From assembly GCA_002699445.1 (NCBI GenBank), contig PAAU01000066.1:46584-110583 (forward strand): a stretch of DNA of 64,000 nt. Direction: 5' to 3'. The DNA comes from Micrococcales bacterium. Lineage in GTDB: Bacteria > Actinomycetota > Actinomycetes > S36-B12 > GCA-2699445. Of this stretch, positions 56,410 to 64,000 are shown one piece after another. The notes beneath the pieces are model-generated. The model was not told the origin of the DNA. It saw only the letters and a program-made list of their open reading frames with translations, and did not search any database. Position 1 is the first letter of the stretch. Each line of letters begins with the position of its first letter. Made by a program: the position numbers and the translations under genes.

Positions 56410-57756
56410 ATGAAGTTGTCCCGTATTTTTCTGTTTCCCCTACTTGCGATGTTGTCAGTCGCACTTCTGTCGTTAGGCATGACAGCGGCTCCTTCGCGGT
56501 CGGCCGACAATGTCAGTCTCAAAGAGTTTCCACTTCCGGGTGTTTTTGAACCGTACGTTATCGCCAACGGGCCTGACGGCAATATGTGGTTTACCGATAG
56601 AGAAGGCGATCAGCTGGGCAAGCTTGTGTCTGGTACCGGTCAAGTCACGCTATATCCGCTGGCCACGGATGCCCGTCCGTGGGGAATAGCTGCTGGACCC
56701 GATGGGAACGTGTGGTTCACTGAAAATAGGGGGAACAGGATCGGCAAGATTAACCCGACGACCGGGGCCATCAGTCACTATGACCTTGCCGCCGATGCTC
56801 AACCCTGGGAGATCGTAGCGGGACCTGACGGAAATATGTGGTTCACCGAATTTTCCGGGAATAAGATCGGCAAGATCAACCCCACGACTGGCGCCATATC
56901 CACGACCTCGTTGGCGGTCGGCTATAGGCCATCCGGCATTGCGGTCGGGCCTGACCGACATCTGTGGTTCACCTCAGTGGACACCAGCAAAATCGGCAAA
57001 CACGTTCCTGCTACTGGTGCCACGACGTATTACGACCTAGGTACGGGAAGCATAGGTGCCTACGGCATCACCGCAGGCTCTGGGAATTCGTTGTGGTTTA
57101 CCGTTCCTCAACTCAACAAGATCGGACGAATCACAGTCGCGGGACAGGTCTCGTTGGCGGATGTGCCCAGCGCAACCTCCCAGCCGTTACAGATCACCAC
57201 TCGAGCCAATGGAGAGGCATGGTTTACGGAAGCGTCGGTCGGCAAGGTTGCTAGTGCGGTTGATCTTTCGAATCCCATTCAGGAATATGCGATACCAAAT
57301 TCACCGGCACGGACAATCGGCATTACGACGGATGCCCAAGGGGACATCTGGTTCACAACGCTCAGACCCCAAGGCGCTGGCCTGGGTCGTTTCACGGTAA
57401 CGCCGATTGCGCCGCCCGCTCCTGGCGCGCAACCGGCAGCAGATCCGTTGCCCACCATCTCGATCCCAGGCAAGGTCACCGGACTCAAGATCAAGTGGAA
57501 CAAGAAGAAGCGAAAGTTAATTGCTAGATGGGGCGCTAGCCCTAATGCCGATAAGTATCAGGTTCGGATCTCAAAGCACTATAAATTGAAAACCAGAGCC
57601 AAGAAAATAAAGAAGTTCAGGGCCTGGCAGTCCATCAGCAAGAACAAGCACGCTTTTAACAAAATCAAGAAAAAGAAGAAGTACAAGATAGAGGTCCGCG
57701 GCACTGCAAAAGACGTTGAGGGTGACAAGAAAGTCAAGTACTTCAAGACCCGATAA
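56410..57756 (+). CDS. Secreted beta-propeller protein with Vgb (streptogramin lyase)-like repeats and a very lysine-rich FN3-like C-terminal domain
   Basis: Signal peptide from ATG 56410. There are at least six repeats of GPDGN(M/V)WFTE..GN(K/R)IGKINPTTGAIS. The tail reads KVTGLKIKWNKKKRKLIARWGASPNADKYQVRI...KKKKKYKIEVRG. The track start is 56308. Confidence 0.7.
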   Translation: MKLSRIFLFPLLAMLSVALLSLGMTAAPSRSADNVSLKEFPLPGVFEPYVIANGPDGNMWFTDREGDQLGKLVSGTGQVTLYPLATDARPWGIAAGPDGNVWFTENRGNRIGKINPTTGAISHYDLAADAQPWEIVAGPDGNMWFTEFSGNKIGKINPTTGAISTTSLAVGYRPSGIAVGPDRHLWFTSVDTSKIGKHVPATGATTYYDLGTGSIGAYGITAGSGNSLWFTVPQLNKIGRITVAGQVSLADVPSATSQPLQITTRANGEAWFTEASVGKVASAVDLSNPIQEYAIPNSPARTIGITTDAQGDIWFTTLRPQGAGLGRFTVTPIAPPAPGAQPAADPLPTISIPGKVTGLKIKWNKKKRKLIARWGASPNADKYQVRISKHYKLKTRAKKIKKFRAWQSISKNKHAFNKIKKKKKYKIEVRGTAKDVEGDKKVKYFKTR

Positions 57757-58090
57757 TTAAGTCAACGACGGTCTACTACAGGGAGTGGTTCTTCGCTGAA
57801 GCGAAATATCCCCGCGTCGAGAGAACCCCCGGGATGCATGTACTTCGTTGAACTCAGCGAATGCAGTTGAGTGGATGGCGTGATCTCATCGGTTCACGAT
57901 TTCAGTGGGTTTAGGGCTAGCGGGGATGGGTAAACCGTGGGTATCGCCTGGAGGGGTTCAGGTGATGGGGGAGGAAATACCTCCGTGTGACGTCGACGTA
58001 GGCGTTGGTGATTTCGCTAGTCCTGACATGGATCGGTGTGGTGGTCAGTTCATCTACGTGGGCTCACTGAGTGATGAGAAGGAAGTCATC

Positions 58091-59257
58091 ATGAGTGCAC
58101 AAGAAAGTTATTCGCCAAGTCGTTCGGTTCGTCTCGCAGGCGCAGGTATGGCCGGATTGCTAATGCTAGGAATCGCAGGAGCATCCGCTCCGGCCATGGC
58201 AGCGTCAGATTCTGCAAATGCTGCAGGTGATGCGACCGTATCGGCGGCGGTCAGTGGTAAGCAGTTCCGTAACTCTAAGGTTCGGCTTCATGCCAGCAAT
58301 ACTCAGCCAAATAAGGGCCAAACTCTTCGGTTAAAGGGAAAGGTGACTCGAGCTCATCATCATCATGTTCGAGTTCTCATCCAGAAAGAGCGTCCCAACG
58401 GTGGCTGGAAGCGGATTAGTAAAACCTTTACGAATCGCAACGGTCACTTCCATGTGAAGGAGTCTTTCCGCCACGGTGATTTCAATGTGCGAGCTAAGTC
58501 CCAAGGGGGACATCTGAGTCGTCAGGTGGAAATCGCCGTACAGTCAAACAAACCAGATCCCAATCAGGTACAAGTTCCGGCCGGAGATACGCAGGCTCTA
58601 CTCAAGGCGATAAACACAGCTCCTAATGGTGCAACGCTGAATCTGTCAGGTACCTACAACGTATCCCGGACGGATGATTCCCAAGGTTGGGAAGCCGGGG
58701 CCATCATTAACAAGGACCTGACTTTATCCGGTGGCACCATCCAATCCAACGGTAGTGACAACGTGATTTCCGTTCATCGAGGATCGACGCTGACTCTAGA
58801 CGGCGGCATTAATATCACTGGCGGAAACGCCGATAAGGGTGCCGGAATTTACAACGAGGGTCGTCTCATTATCAAGAATGCACAGGTAGACGCCAACACG
58901 GCCACATCAGGTGGTCAGGGTGCTGGGATTTACAACGCTGCAACGGGTGTAGTGAAGATGTACGACGGAACCGTCAGTAACAATGACAATGCTGCTCAAG
59001 GCGGCGGCCTTTACAACGATGGCGGCTACGTCCAAATCGACGGGGGCTGGTTCAAGCAGAACAACGCGGAAACAGGTGGCGGTCTCTACACCACTGGCAA
59101 GACTGCCAAGGTGTATGTCAACGGAGGTGGCTTCTGGGCCAACACGTCACAAGGTGGAAACCAAGGAAACTCCATCACAAACGATCAGACCAGCGGGACC
59201 GTAGTCATCTTCGGAAATACCTTCCAAGGTAATGATTACAACGGTGATATCGGCTGA
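58091..59257 (+). CDS. Secreted right-handed beta-helix protein with Pmp-like GG(A/L)(I/L)YN repeats and an N-terminal Ig-like module
   Basis: Signal peptide ends in ...APAMAAS. A His-run follows (RAHHHHV). The repeats are GAGIYNEG, GAGIYNAA, GGGLYNDG and GGGLYTTG. ATG 58091 follows GAGAAGGAAG; the track start is 57905. Confidence 0.65.
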   Translation: MSAQESYSPSRSVRLAGAGMAGLLMLGIAGASAPAMAASDSANAAGDATVSAAVSGKQFRNSKVRLHASNTQPNKGQTLRLKGKVTRAHHHHVRVLIQKERPNGGWKRISKTFTNRNGHFHVKESFRHGDFNVRAKSQGGHLSRQVEIAVQSNKPDPNQVQVPAGDTQALLKAINTAPNGATLNLSGTYNVSRTDDSQGWEAGAIINKDLTLSGGTIQSNGSDNVISVHRGSTLTLDGGINITGGNADKGAGIYNEGRLIIKNAQVDANTATSGGQGAGIYNAATGVVKMYDGTVSNNDNAAQGGGLYNDGGYVQIDGGWFKQNNAETGGGLYTTGKTAKVYVNGGGFWANTSQGGNQGNSITNDQTSGTVVIFGNTFQGNDYNGDIG

Positions 59258-59279
59258 GTGCTTGCACCATCCGCGACTA

Positions 59280-59310
59280 GGCGGGGACATCCAAATGGGG
59301 TGTCCCCGCC
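59280..59310 (+). terminator. Hairpin downstream of the beta-helix gene
   Basis: GGCGGGGACA (59280-59289) pairs with TGTCCCCGCC (59301-59310). The T-tract is weak. Confidence 0.45.
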
Positions 59311-59502
59311 TTGCACGTGTGGAGAGACAGGCTTCGACCCATATGTCGTATTTACTAATGATGACAAAAATTGTCATACTCAATGGTGTCTCGGGAGAAG
59401 GGGGAAGATCATCGGATCAACGATCTCTTTCAACTGTCCTGACTGCGACAAAACCGCAGCACGTTTGAGAGCGTCAGACCAGGCCACGGAGCACTCTTCG
59501 AT

Positions 59503-60348
59503 ATGAATAGTGACAATGATCGTCGTATCGGCTCGTACGACCTATCCCCGTATGCGGACCTCACCGACGCTGATCTTTCCGGTGCAGACTTGTCTGGCGC
59601 AGATTTATCGGGCGCGAACCTGGACCGCGCGAACCTAAGAAATACGAATTTGTCTGATGTGACGATGGTGGGTGGAAGTTTACGCGAGGCGAATTTGTCC
59701 GGCGCAAACCTAACTTCAAGCAACCTAGAATGCGTGAATCTGCGAAGCGCGAACCTTGAGTCCGCAGAGCTGTCAGATGCCAAGTTTGTAGGCGCAAACT
59801 TAACGGGTGCGAGGCTTAAGAACTCAACCCTGTGTAATGCGAATTTGTCCGGCGCGGATCTGACGGGCGCGAGACTATCCGATTCGAACCTGCGACTTGC
59901 GAACCTGGCTGGTGTGAATCTGTTCCGGGCGTCTTTGGTTAACGCGGATCTATCTAAGGCGGAACTGTCGGGTGCGAATATCATTTTGGCCGACCTGAGA
60001 AATGCGAACCTGTCCGGGGCGAATCTCAAAGCCTCGAATCTTCACGAAGCGATTCTGCGAAGTGTGAATTTAACGGGAGCGAACTTGGCGGGGGTGGGTC
60101 TTTCAGGTGCGAAACTTTCTGGAGCGGACTTGTCCGATGCCGATCTCACCGGCGGAAAACTCGATGACACAAATTTGTATGCAGCGAAACTGGTAGAGGT
60201 GAAACTCGTTGGTGCGTCCCTCGTACAGGTCGACCTACGTGAAGCAGATCTGTCTGGCGCCGATCTCACCGACGCCGACCTCAGTCGTGCGAATTTGTAT
60301 GGCGCAACTATGCCGGACGGAAGCATCCACAGAGAATGGCCTGCTTGA
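59503..60348 (+). CDS. Pentapeptide-repeat protein
   Basis: Almost the whole 281 aa consists of A(D/N)LSG-type pentapeptides, for example ADLSGADLSGADLSGANLDRANLRNTNL. Confidence 0.9.
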   Translation: MNSDNDRRIGSYDLSPYADLTDADLSGADLSGADLSGANLDRANLRNTNLSDVTMVGGSLREANLSGANLTSSNLECVNLRSANLESAELSDAKFVGANLTGARLKNSTLCNANLSGADLTGARLSDSNLRLANLAGVNLFRASLVNADLSKAELSGANIILADLRNANLSGANLKASNLHEAILRSVNLTGANLAGVGLSGAKLSGADLSDADLTGGKLDDTNLYAAKLVEVKLVGASLVQVDLREADLSGADLTDADLSRANLYGATMPDGSIHREWPA

Positions 60349-60422
60349 GGGCTCGACATCTCATAAGACAGTGTTTTGAAGGGTTCACGTACCTGTTGAA
60401 ATGCGATGTTTCCATCGACGCT

Positions 60423-60464
60423 AGTCGAGCTCGAACCGAGTTGATGCGCACCGATTGCGAGCCC
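60423..60464. repeat. Degenerate third copy of the tRNA-Thr 3'-half repeat (possible old att scar)
   Basis: The sequence is agtcgagctcgaaccgagttgatgcgcaccgattgcgagccc. The 61.3 kb copy reads ggagtcgaaccgatgacccacgcactacgagccc. Shared blocks are tcgaaccga and tgcgagccc/tacgagccc, in the same orientation, with indels. Confidence 0.3.
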
Positions 60465-60668
60465 GTTAAATGAGGGACCTCCGCGGCGCGGTCTATAAGC
60501 AGCACCGGAGTTAGGTCAGCATCTCTTCCCGGGCACTTTCCAGGTCGTGGGCGAATACGCTCTGATCCTTCTAGCTCGTTTTGGGACAGGTGTCGTTGCT
60601 AATGCTGCCGTCCTGCATCGTCATACGTTTGGTGCGACTGCGGTCTTGCCAAGCAGATAACCCTGGGT

Positions 60669-61175
60669 TTGCAGACACCTGTGTGGGAAAGAGATGCGGC
60701 TGTTATCCAAGACAGTCCAGTCATGTACGGGCTAGATTTCACTGACCAGCTATGTTCCGGCGACAACTGCTATCCAACTGGTTCGGATGGCTCACGGAGA
60801 TATCGGGATGAGCACCACCTAGCTCCCCGGTATGCGACGACATTATGGAAGTCTTTTTCGTACGCATTGGCCAAGCAGATGACTTTGCCGCCTAGCTCGG
60901 TCGACAAGATTAGGGCGAAAACCAAAAAGCAAAGATTTGTGATTCAGTGGAAGAAATCGTTACCGGGTAGTGGGGCCAAGCCAAAGTACAAAGTATCTTT
61001 CAAGCCAAAGGGCGAGTGGAAATACAAGGCCAAGAAGTACATCTGCGAGTCGGAGAAGACGAAGTGTAAATCGGGCTACGTTCCCATCGGATCAAAGTAC
61101 AAAGTCAGGGTCATCGCTAAGAACTTGTCTGGTAAATCTCCCGCAAGGGTCAAGTCCGTCAAAGCGAAAAGATAG
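60669..61175 (+). CDS. Probable 5'-truncated remnant: extreme C-terminus of an acyltransferase-type SGNH domain fused to a lysine-rich FN3-like module
   Basis: LDFTDQLCSGDNCYPTGSDGSRRYRDEHHLAPRYATTLW resembles the end of OafA-type SGNH domains. It is followed by FVIQWKKS...KYKVSFKPKG...KYKVRVIAKNLSGKS. There is no signal peptide or catalytic N-terminal part. The start is TTG and the frame is open from 60603. Confidence 0.4.
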   Translation: MQTPVWERDAAVIQDSPVMYGLDFTDQLCSGDNCYPTGSDGSRRYRDEHHLAPRYATTLWKSFSYALAKQMTLPPSSVDKIRAKTKKQRFVIQWKKSLPGSGAKPKYKVSFKPKGEWKYKAKKYICESEKTKCKSGYVPIGSKYKVRVIAKNLSGKSPARVKSVKAKR

Positions 61176-61305
61176 ATCCGGCCGAGTTGGTCCGAGAGGT
61201 TAAGACGACTTCCAAGCTGATTCATACGTAGGGTGCTGGCGGACACATCCCCAGTCCAGCGCACTCATGCCGACTCGTATCCCGCTGCCTTAAAGTTAGG
61301 TGGTC

Positions 61306-61361
61306 CAGTGATAGTGCAGAGCCGCCTATCGGAGTCGAACCGATGACCCACGCACTACGAG
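61306..61361. repeat. Direct repeat of the tRNA-Thr 3' half plus about 14 nt of 3' flank (att-like scar)
   Basis: 61314-61361 matches 62616-62663 at 45 of 48 positions. Weaker similarity extends to 61306 and 62608. A further mini-copy, gtgcggagcc, lies at 61387-61396. Confidence 0.8.
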
Positions 61362-61674
61362 CCCCTGTGAGGGTGTGTTTCTGGTAGTGCGGAGCCTTGT
61401 TTCATGCGGGCTTGTGTCCGGCTGGTGGCGGGGCGTGGTGGCCTATGGTGCGCCGTTCGCGTCACAGATGTGGCTGGTGGTGCAACGTCGAAGGGTAAAG
61501 AGCGTGCTTTCGGCCGGGTCATTGCGTGTGACACTTCCGGTAACTGAGGGGCAGCATATGTGACTCGTTCGTCCACTGGGCGGCCCGAGACCTAACCGAA
61601 CAGGACTAATGCGACACATCAGTCACTTACTAGAATCCAATTGATAGCAGGGGCCCTCGACTACCTTTGACTTC

Positions 61675-62262
61675 ATGTCGATGACTGGACCTGATCTATT
61701 TCCGGAGTGGCTTTCGCTACTTTGGGTGATCGTTTTCGCAGTGCTCGCGATCTATAGTGCGCAATCATTGCCCGCTCAGACTGGTCCACATCGCTATCAC
61801 GTCGGGTTAAGCCTGATCATGTCAGTTTCCATGGGCTACATGTTCCTAGCGATGGCCGTCAACTGGACCGTAATACCTCCCCTAGCGTGGCTGGTCGTAT
61901 TTGGCAGTCTGTCAGTGGCCGTAGTTATCTTTCTCGTGAAACAAGTATTGTCGACTGGCCAGCTACCAGTCGCCTGGGTCTTATCGCTCGTTGCGACCAT
62001 TTCTATGATTGTGATGGGCGATCCCGACGGGCTAGACGTTATGCGCTTTATATTTTTCTCGATTCTTTTCGCGGAGGTTCTGGGTTGGCTGACAGGCACA
62101 TTGGATTTGTTTTTTACCAGGTCTGTTCGGATCCGCCCCGGCAAACCTTCACTGACTCCACGCCCTGTTGTTCCTGGAAGTGGCCTTAAGGTTCCGGTTC
62201 GCGTCGAGGTGGCGGTTATGTCTTTAGGCATGAGTCATATGCTGTTTGGTCAAATTGTGTAA
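61675..62262 (+). CDS. Polytopic membrane protein of unknown function (5-6 TM), the only cargo between the tRNA repeats
   Basis: The 195-aa ORF is hydrophobic. I recognised no confident family; it has a DUF5134-like feel only. Confidence 0.45.
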   Translation: MSMTGPDLFPEWLSLLWVIVFAVLAIYSAQSLPAQTGPHRYHVGLSLIMSVSMGYMFLAMAVNWTVIPPLAWLVVFGSLSVAVVIFLVKQVLSTGQLPVAWVLSLVATISMIVMGDPDGLDVMRFIFFSILFAEVLGWLTGTLDLFFTRSVRIRPGKPSLTPRPVVPGSGLKVPVRVEVAVMSLGMSHMLFGQIV

Positions 62263-62621
62263 AAGCTCGGATTGACTATCGATTTGGCGCAAATCGGACT
62301 TGGGTTAAGGTCCTTTCCAGGATCCGTCTAAGGTCATCGGCGGAAGCGCTCTGAGTCGTCGTATTTGCCTCGAAGCATTTGTATCTTCCGCTGGTACGTG
62401 CGTCTATTGGGGGTCCTAGGGGTCTGCGGTGCTCATCGTTGCGCTACCGTCTCGGCCCCGTCGCCCTCAGATCAGCAACGTAAGCATGAGCGTATGAGAG
62501 CGTGTGTGAAGCAATCGGGAGGCCATGCCGCGCTTGAACTTTTTGCGCCGGCACCCCGGATATGAGTCTCGTTCGGGCCACGCTCCCAACTGAAAAAATC
62601 TTAAACTCAATGATGGTGCGG

Positions 62622-62694
62622 AGCCGCCTATCGGAGTCGAACCGATGACCTACGCATTACGAGTGCGTTGCTCTACCGACTGAGCTAAGGCGGC
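62622..62694 (-). tRNA. tRNA-Thr (anticodon CGU)
   Basis: The minus strand folds by hand into a cloverleaf. The sequence is GCCGCCT TA GCTC AGTCGGTA GAGC A ACGCA CTCGTAA TGCGT AGGTC ATCGG TTCGACT CCGAT AGGCGGC T. The CCA end is not encoded. Confidence 0.9.
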
Positions 62695-62870
62695 GCATCC
62701 AGCAATTGCGCTGACGCGTTAGAGAGTATAGATCCGTGGCGGGCTAGTTACGCCATGGGACTAGTGAATCAGGTGTTGAATACATTTCTCATTCTAAGTT
62801 GATATGCATTGCGCGTGCCAAGCTGCGGATGAGCTGTTGGGAGGTCGGCCGTTCGGCTCCCATCAGCGGT

Positions 62871-64000
62871 ATGAAGCGTAAATTCGGGTTTTTGCGAGCC
62901 GACGCTTATTCTAGTCGGATGCTGAAAACGTCTGTTGGAGTTGCAGGAATAGCAGTGGCTCTTGTACTTGGGCCAGGGGAAAGCCTTGCGGTCAACGATC
63001 GCGCCGAGGTAATGCCTCAAGTCTCCGAGAGCATATCTATGGGCACAACTAGCAGTTCCGTAAAGTCTGGCAAGAAAACTCACACGGTCCTTAGGGGTTG
63101 GAACTCGGACCGATTGAGCGTTGTTCCGGGAAAACGCATTAAGGATCGAGTCCGCATCGATACCCGTGGAAAGAAGCGGAAACGGACTGTGATTCTGCAA
63201 CGGGCGAGGGCCAAGTCAAATAAGTGGAGTCAAGTATGGCAGCGTCGCACCTCGCAGCGCGGTGGGCTTAACGTCAAGTTCACCGCACCCTTCGCTGGAT
63301 CCTGGGAGTTCCGGCTTCAAGTGAAGGGCCTGAAGGGCAAAGGGGCGTTGCAAAGCGCTAATCGTCGGATCAGCATTAGCCCTGGAGCGGATCCGACAAA
63401 GCAGCCTACGAGACCCGCTCGGGATGACTCGACCTTAGTCTATGTCGCCGGCGACATAGGTTTTTGCGGTGGTGCGGCAGACAAGACGGCGAAACTTATT
63501 GATCGTGACAAAGGAGTCCTCGTTGCGCCAGGGGACTTGGAACAATCAAACGGGACGATAAAAGACTACCGGAAGTGCTATATCCCTCACTACGGAAAAT
63601 TCAAGAAAATCACCTATCCAGTTCCCGGAAACCATGAGTACTTCTCCGCAGGCAGTGGATATTTCGATTACTTCGGTTCGAGGGTCGGCACTCCAGAGGC
63701 ACCGTGGTATTCCGTTGATATTGGCGGCTGGCGCTTCTATATGTTGAACTCCAACTGCTCGCAAATAAGCGGTTGTGGGGTCGATAGCCCCCAATACAAA
63801 TGGTTGGAAGAGCAAATGGCGGCCGGAGTCCCACAATGTACTGTGGCAGTCTGGCACCACCCCAGGTGGTCGAGTGGGATGTACGGTTCGGACGCACAGA
63901 CCGACGCCTTGTACCGGCTCTTGTACGCGAACGGGACGGATCTCTTACTGACGGGCCACGAGCACGTTTACGAGCGGTTTGCGCCAAAGGCGCCTGATGG
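62871..64000 (+). CDS. Secreted calcineurin-like metallophosphoesterase with an N-terminal Ig-like module; 3' end runs off the window
   Basis: The frame is open from ATG 62871 to the window end, so it is absent from the track. A signal-like segment is MLKTSVGVAGIAVALVLG. Motifs include VYVAGDIGFCGG, GDL, PGNHEY, WYSVDIGGWRFYMLNSN, VAVWHHPRWSSG and LLLTGHEHVYERF. An alternative start is 62919. Confidence 0.75.
   Translation, partial: MKRKFGFLRADAYSSRMLKTSVGVAGIAVALVLGPGESLAVNDRAEVMPQVSESISMGTTSSSVKSGKKTHTVLRGWNSDRLSVVPGKRIKDRVRIDTRGKKRKRTVILQRARAKSNKWSQVWQRRTSQRGGLNVKFTAPFAGSWEFRLQVKGLKGKGALQSANRRISISPGADPTKQPTRPARDDSTLVYVAGDIGFCGGAADKTAKLIDRDKGVLVAPGDLEQSNGTIKDYRKCYIPHYGKFKKITYPVPGNHEYFSAGSGYFDYFGSRVGTPEAPWYSVDIGGWRFYMLNSNCSQISGCGVDSPQYKWLEEQMAAGVPQCTVAVWHHPRWSSGMYGSDAQTDALYRLLYANGTDLLLTGHEHVYERFAPKAPD

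Noticed and set aside
59430-60029. 199-aa minus-strand ORF with its own FAPDKSAP-like periodic repeats.
   Set aside because: It is the mirror image of the pentapeptide-repeat gene. The 15-nt periodicity keeps the antisense frame open. The sense frame gives canonical A(D/N)LSG repeats, an SD and an ATG.
61176-61305. The sequence ggccgagttggtccgagaggttaagac resembles the D-arm of a class II tRNA (Ser/Leu).
   Set aside because: No acceptor stem, anticodon stem or T-arm can be folded around it. It is probably a chance match or a very decayed fragment.
54652-62870. Searched the lower-GC segment and the tRNA flanks for an integrase, transposase, relaxase or phage genes that would define an active mobile element.
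   Set aside because: None of the translated ORFs shows recombinase or transposase motifs. I therefore report only scars and cargo, and make no mobile_element call.
62769-63987. Minus-strand ORFs 62769-63200, 63546-63860 and 63610-63987.
   Set aside because: They are antisense to the metallophosphoesterase frame, which carries strong catalytic motifs.

Overview
This window looks like a high-GC Actinomycetota chromosome segment. I sampled a few 60-nt lines by eye and got roughly 58-62% GC in the core; nothing was computed. It holds about 55 protein genes, one tRNA, and no rRNA, CRISPR array, transposase or integrase.

From 1 to about 54.6 kb the content is housekeeping and cell-envelope genes. 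In order: a DEAD/DEAH helicase running off the left edge, a STAS/anti-sigma pair, hppA, topA, cysK-cysE, tmk, holB and secreted S33 peptidases. These are followed by a RipA-like NlpC/P60 hydrolase convergent with an Rpf transglycosylase, a PQQ sugar dehydrogenase, a DUF255 thioredoxin-domain protein, a rhomboid protease, rarD, LemA/DUF2207, an ABC-F ATPase and an S1 protease. Next come YihY, a sirtuin, an HMA protein with an aldo/keto reductase, a hybrid histidine kinase, yaaA, tesB, a KamA-family radical SAM enzyme and an M23 peptidase. The block ends with an amine oxidase, DUF2252, PrsW, an amidohydrolase, an SDR and an alpha/beta hydrolase.

From about 54.7 to 62.7 kb the GC is visibly lower (about 40-53% in sampled lines). 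This stretch encodes surface or repeat proteins and ends at tRNA-Thr(CGU), whose 3' half is repeated nearby. That pattern suggests integration scars with no integrase.

I found no recognisable defence or mobile system. The most unusual observations are:
1. A Tat-lipoprotein flavin amine oxidase whose C-terminal FAD-domain segment sits at the N-terminus, an apparent circular permutation.
2. A bacterial TMEM175/DUF1211 channel homologue built from two tandem 6-TM repeats in one polypeptide.
3. The tRNA-Thr repeat scars, together with a cluster of solenoid proteins carrying very lysine-rich FN3-like tails.
4. A candidate c-di-AMP (ydaO-class) riboswitch in the Rpf leader.
5. A 46-codon Cys-rich ORF with a strong Shine-Dalgarno (SD) sequence, too short to appear in the ORF track.

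Two edge-truncated genes (1-390 minus strand, 62871-64000 plus strand) are also missing from the track. Family assignments come from motifs I recognised in the translations. No database search was run.
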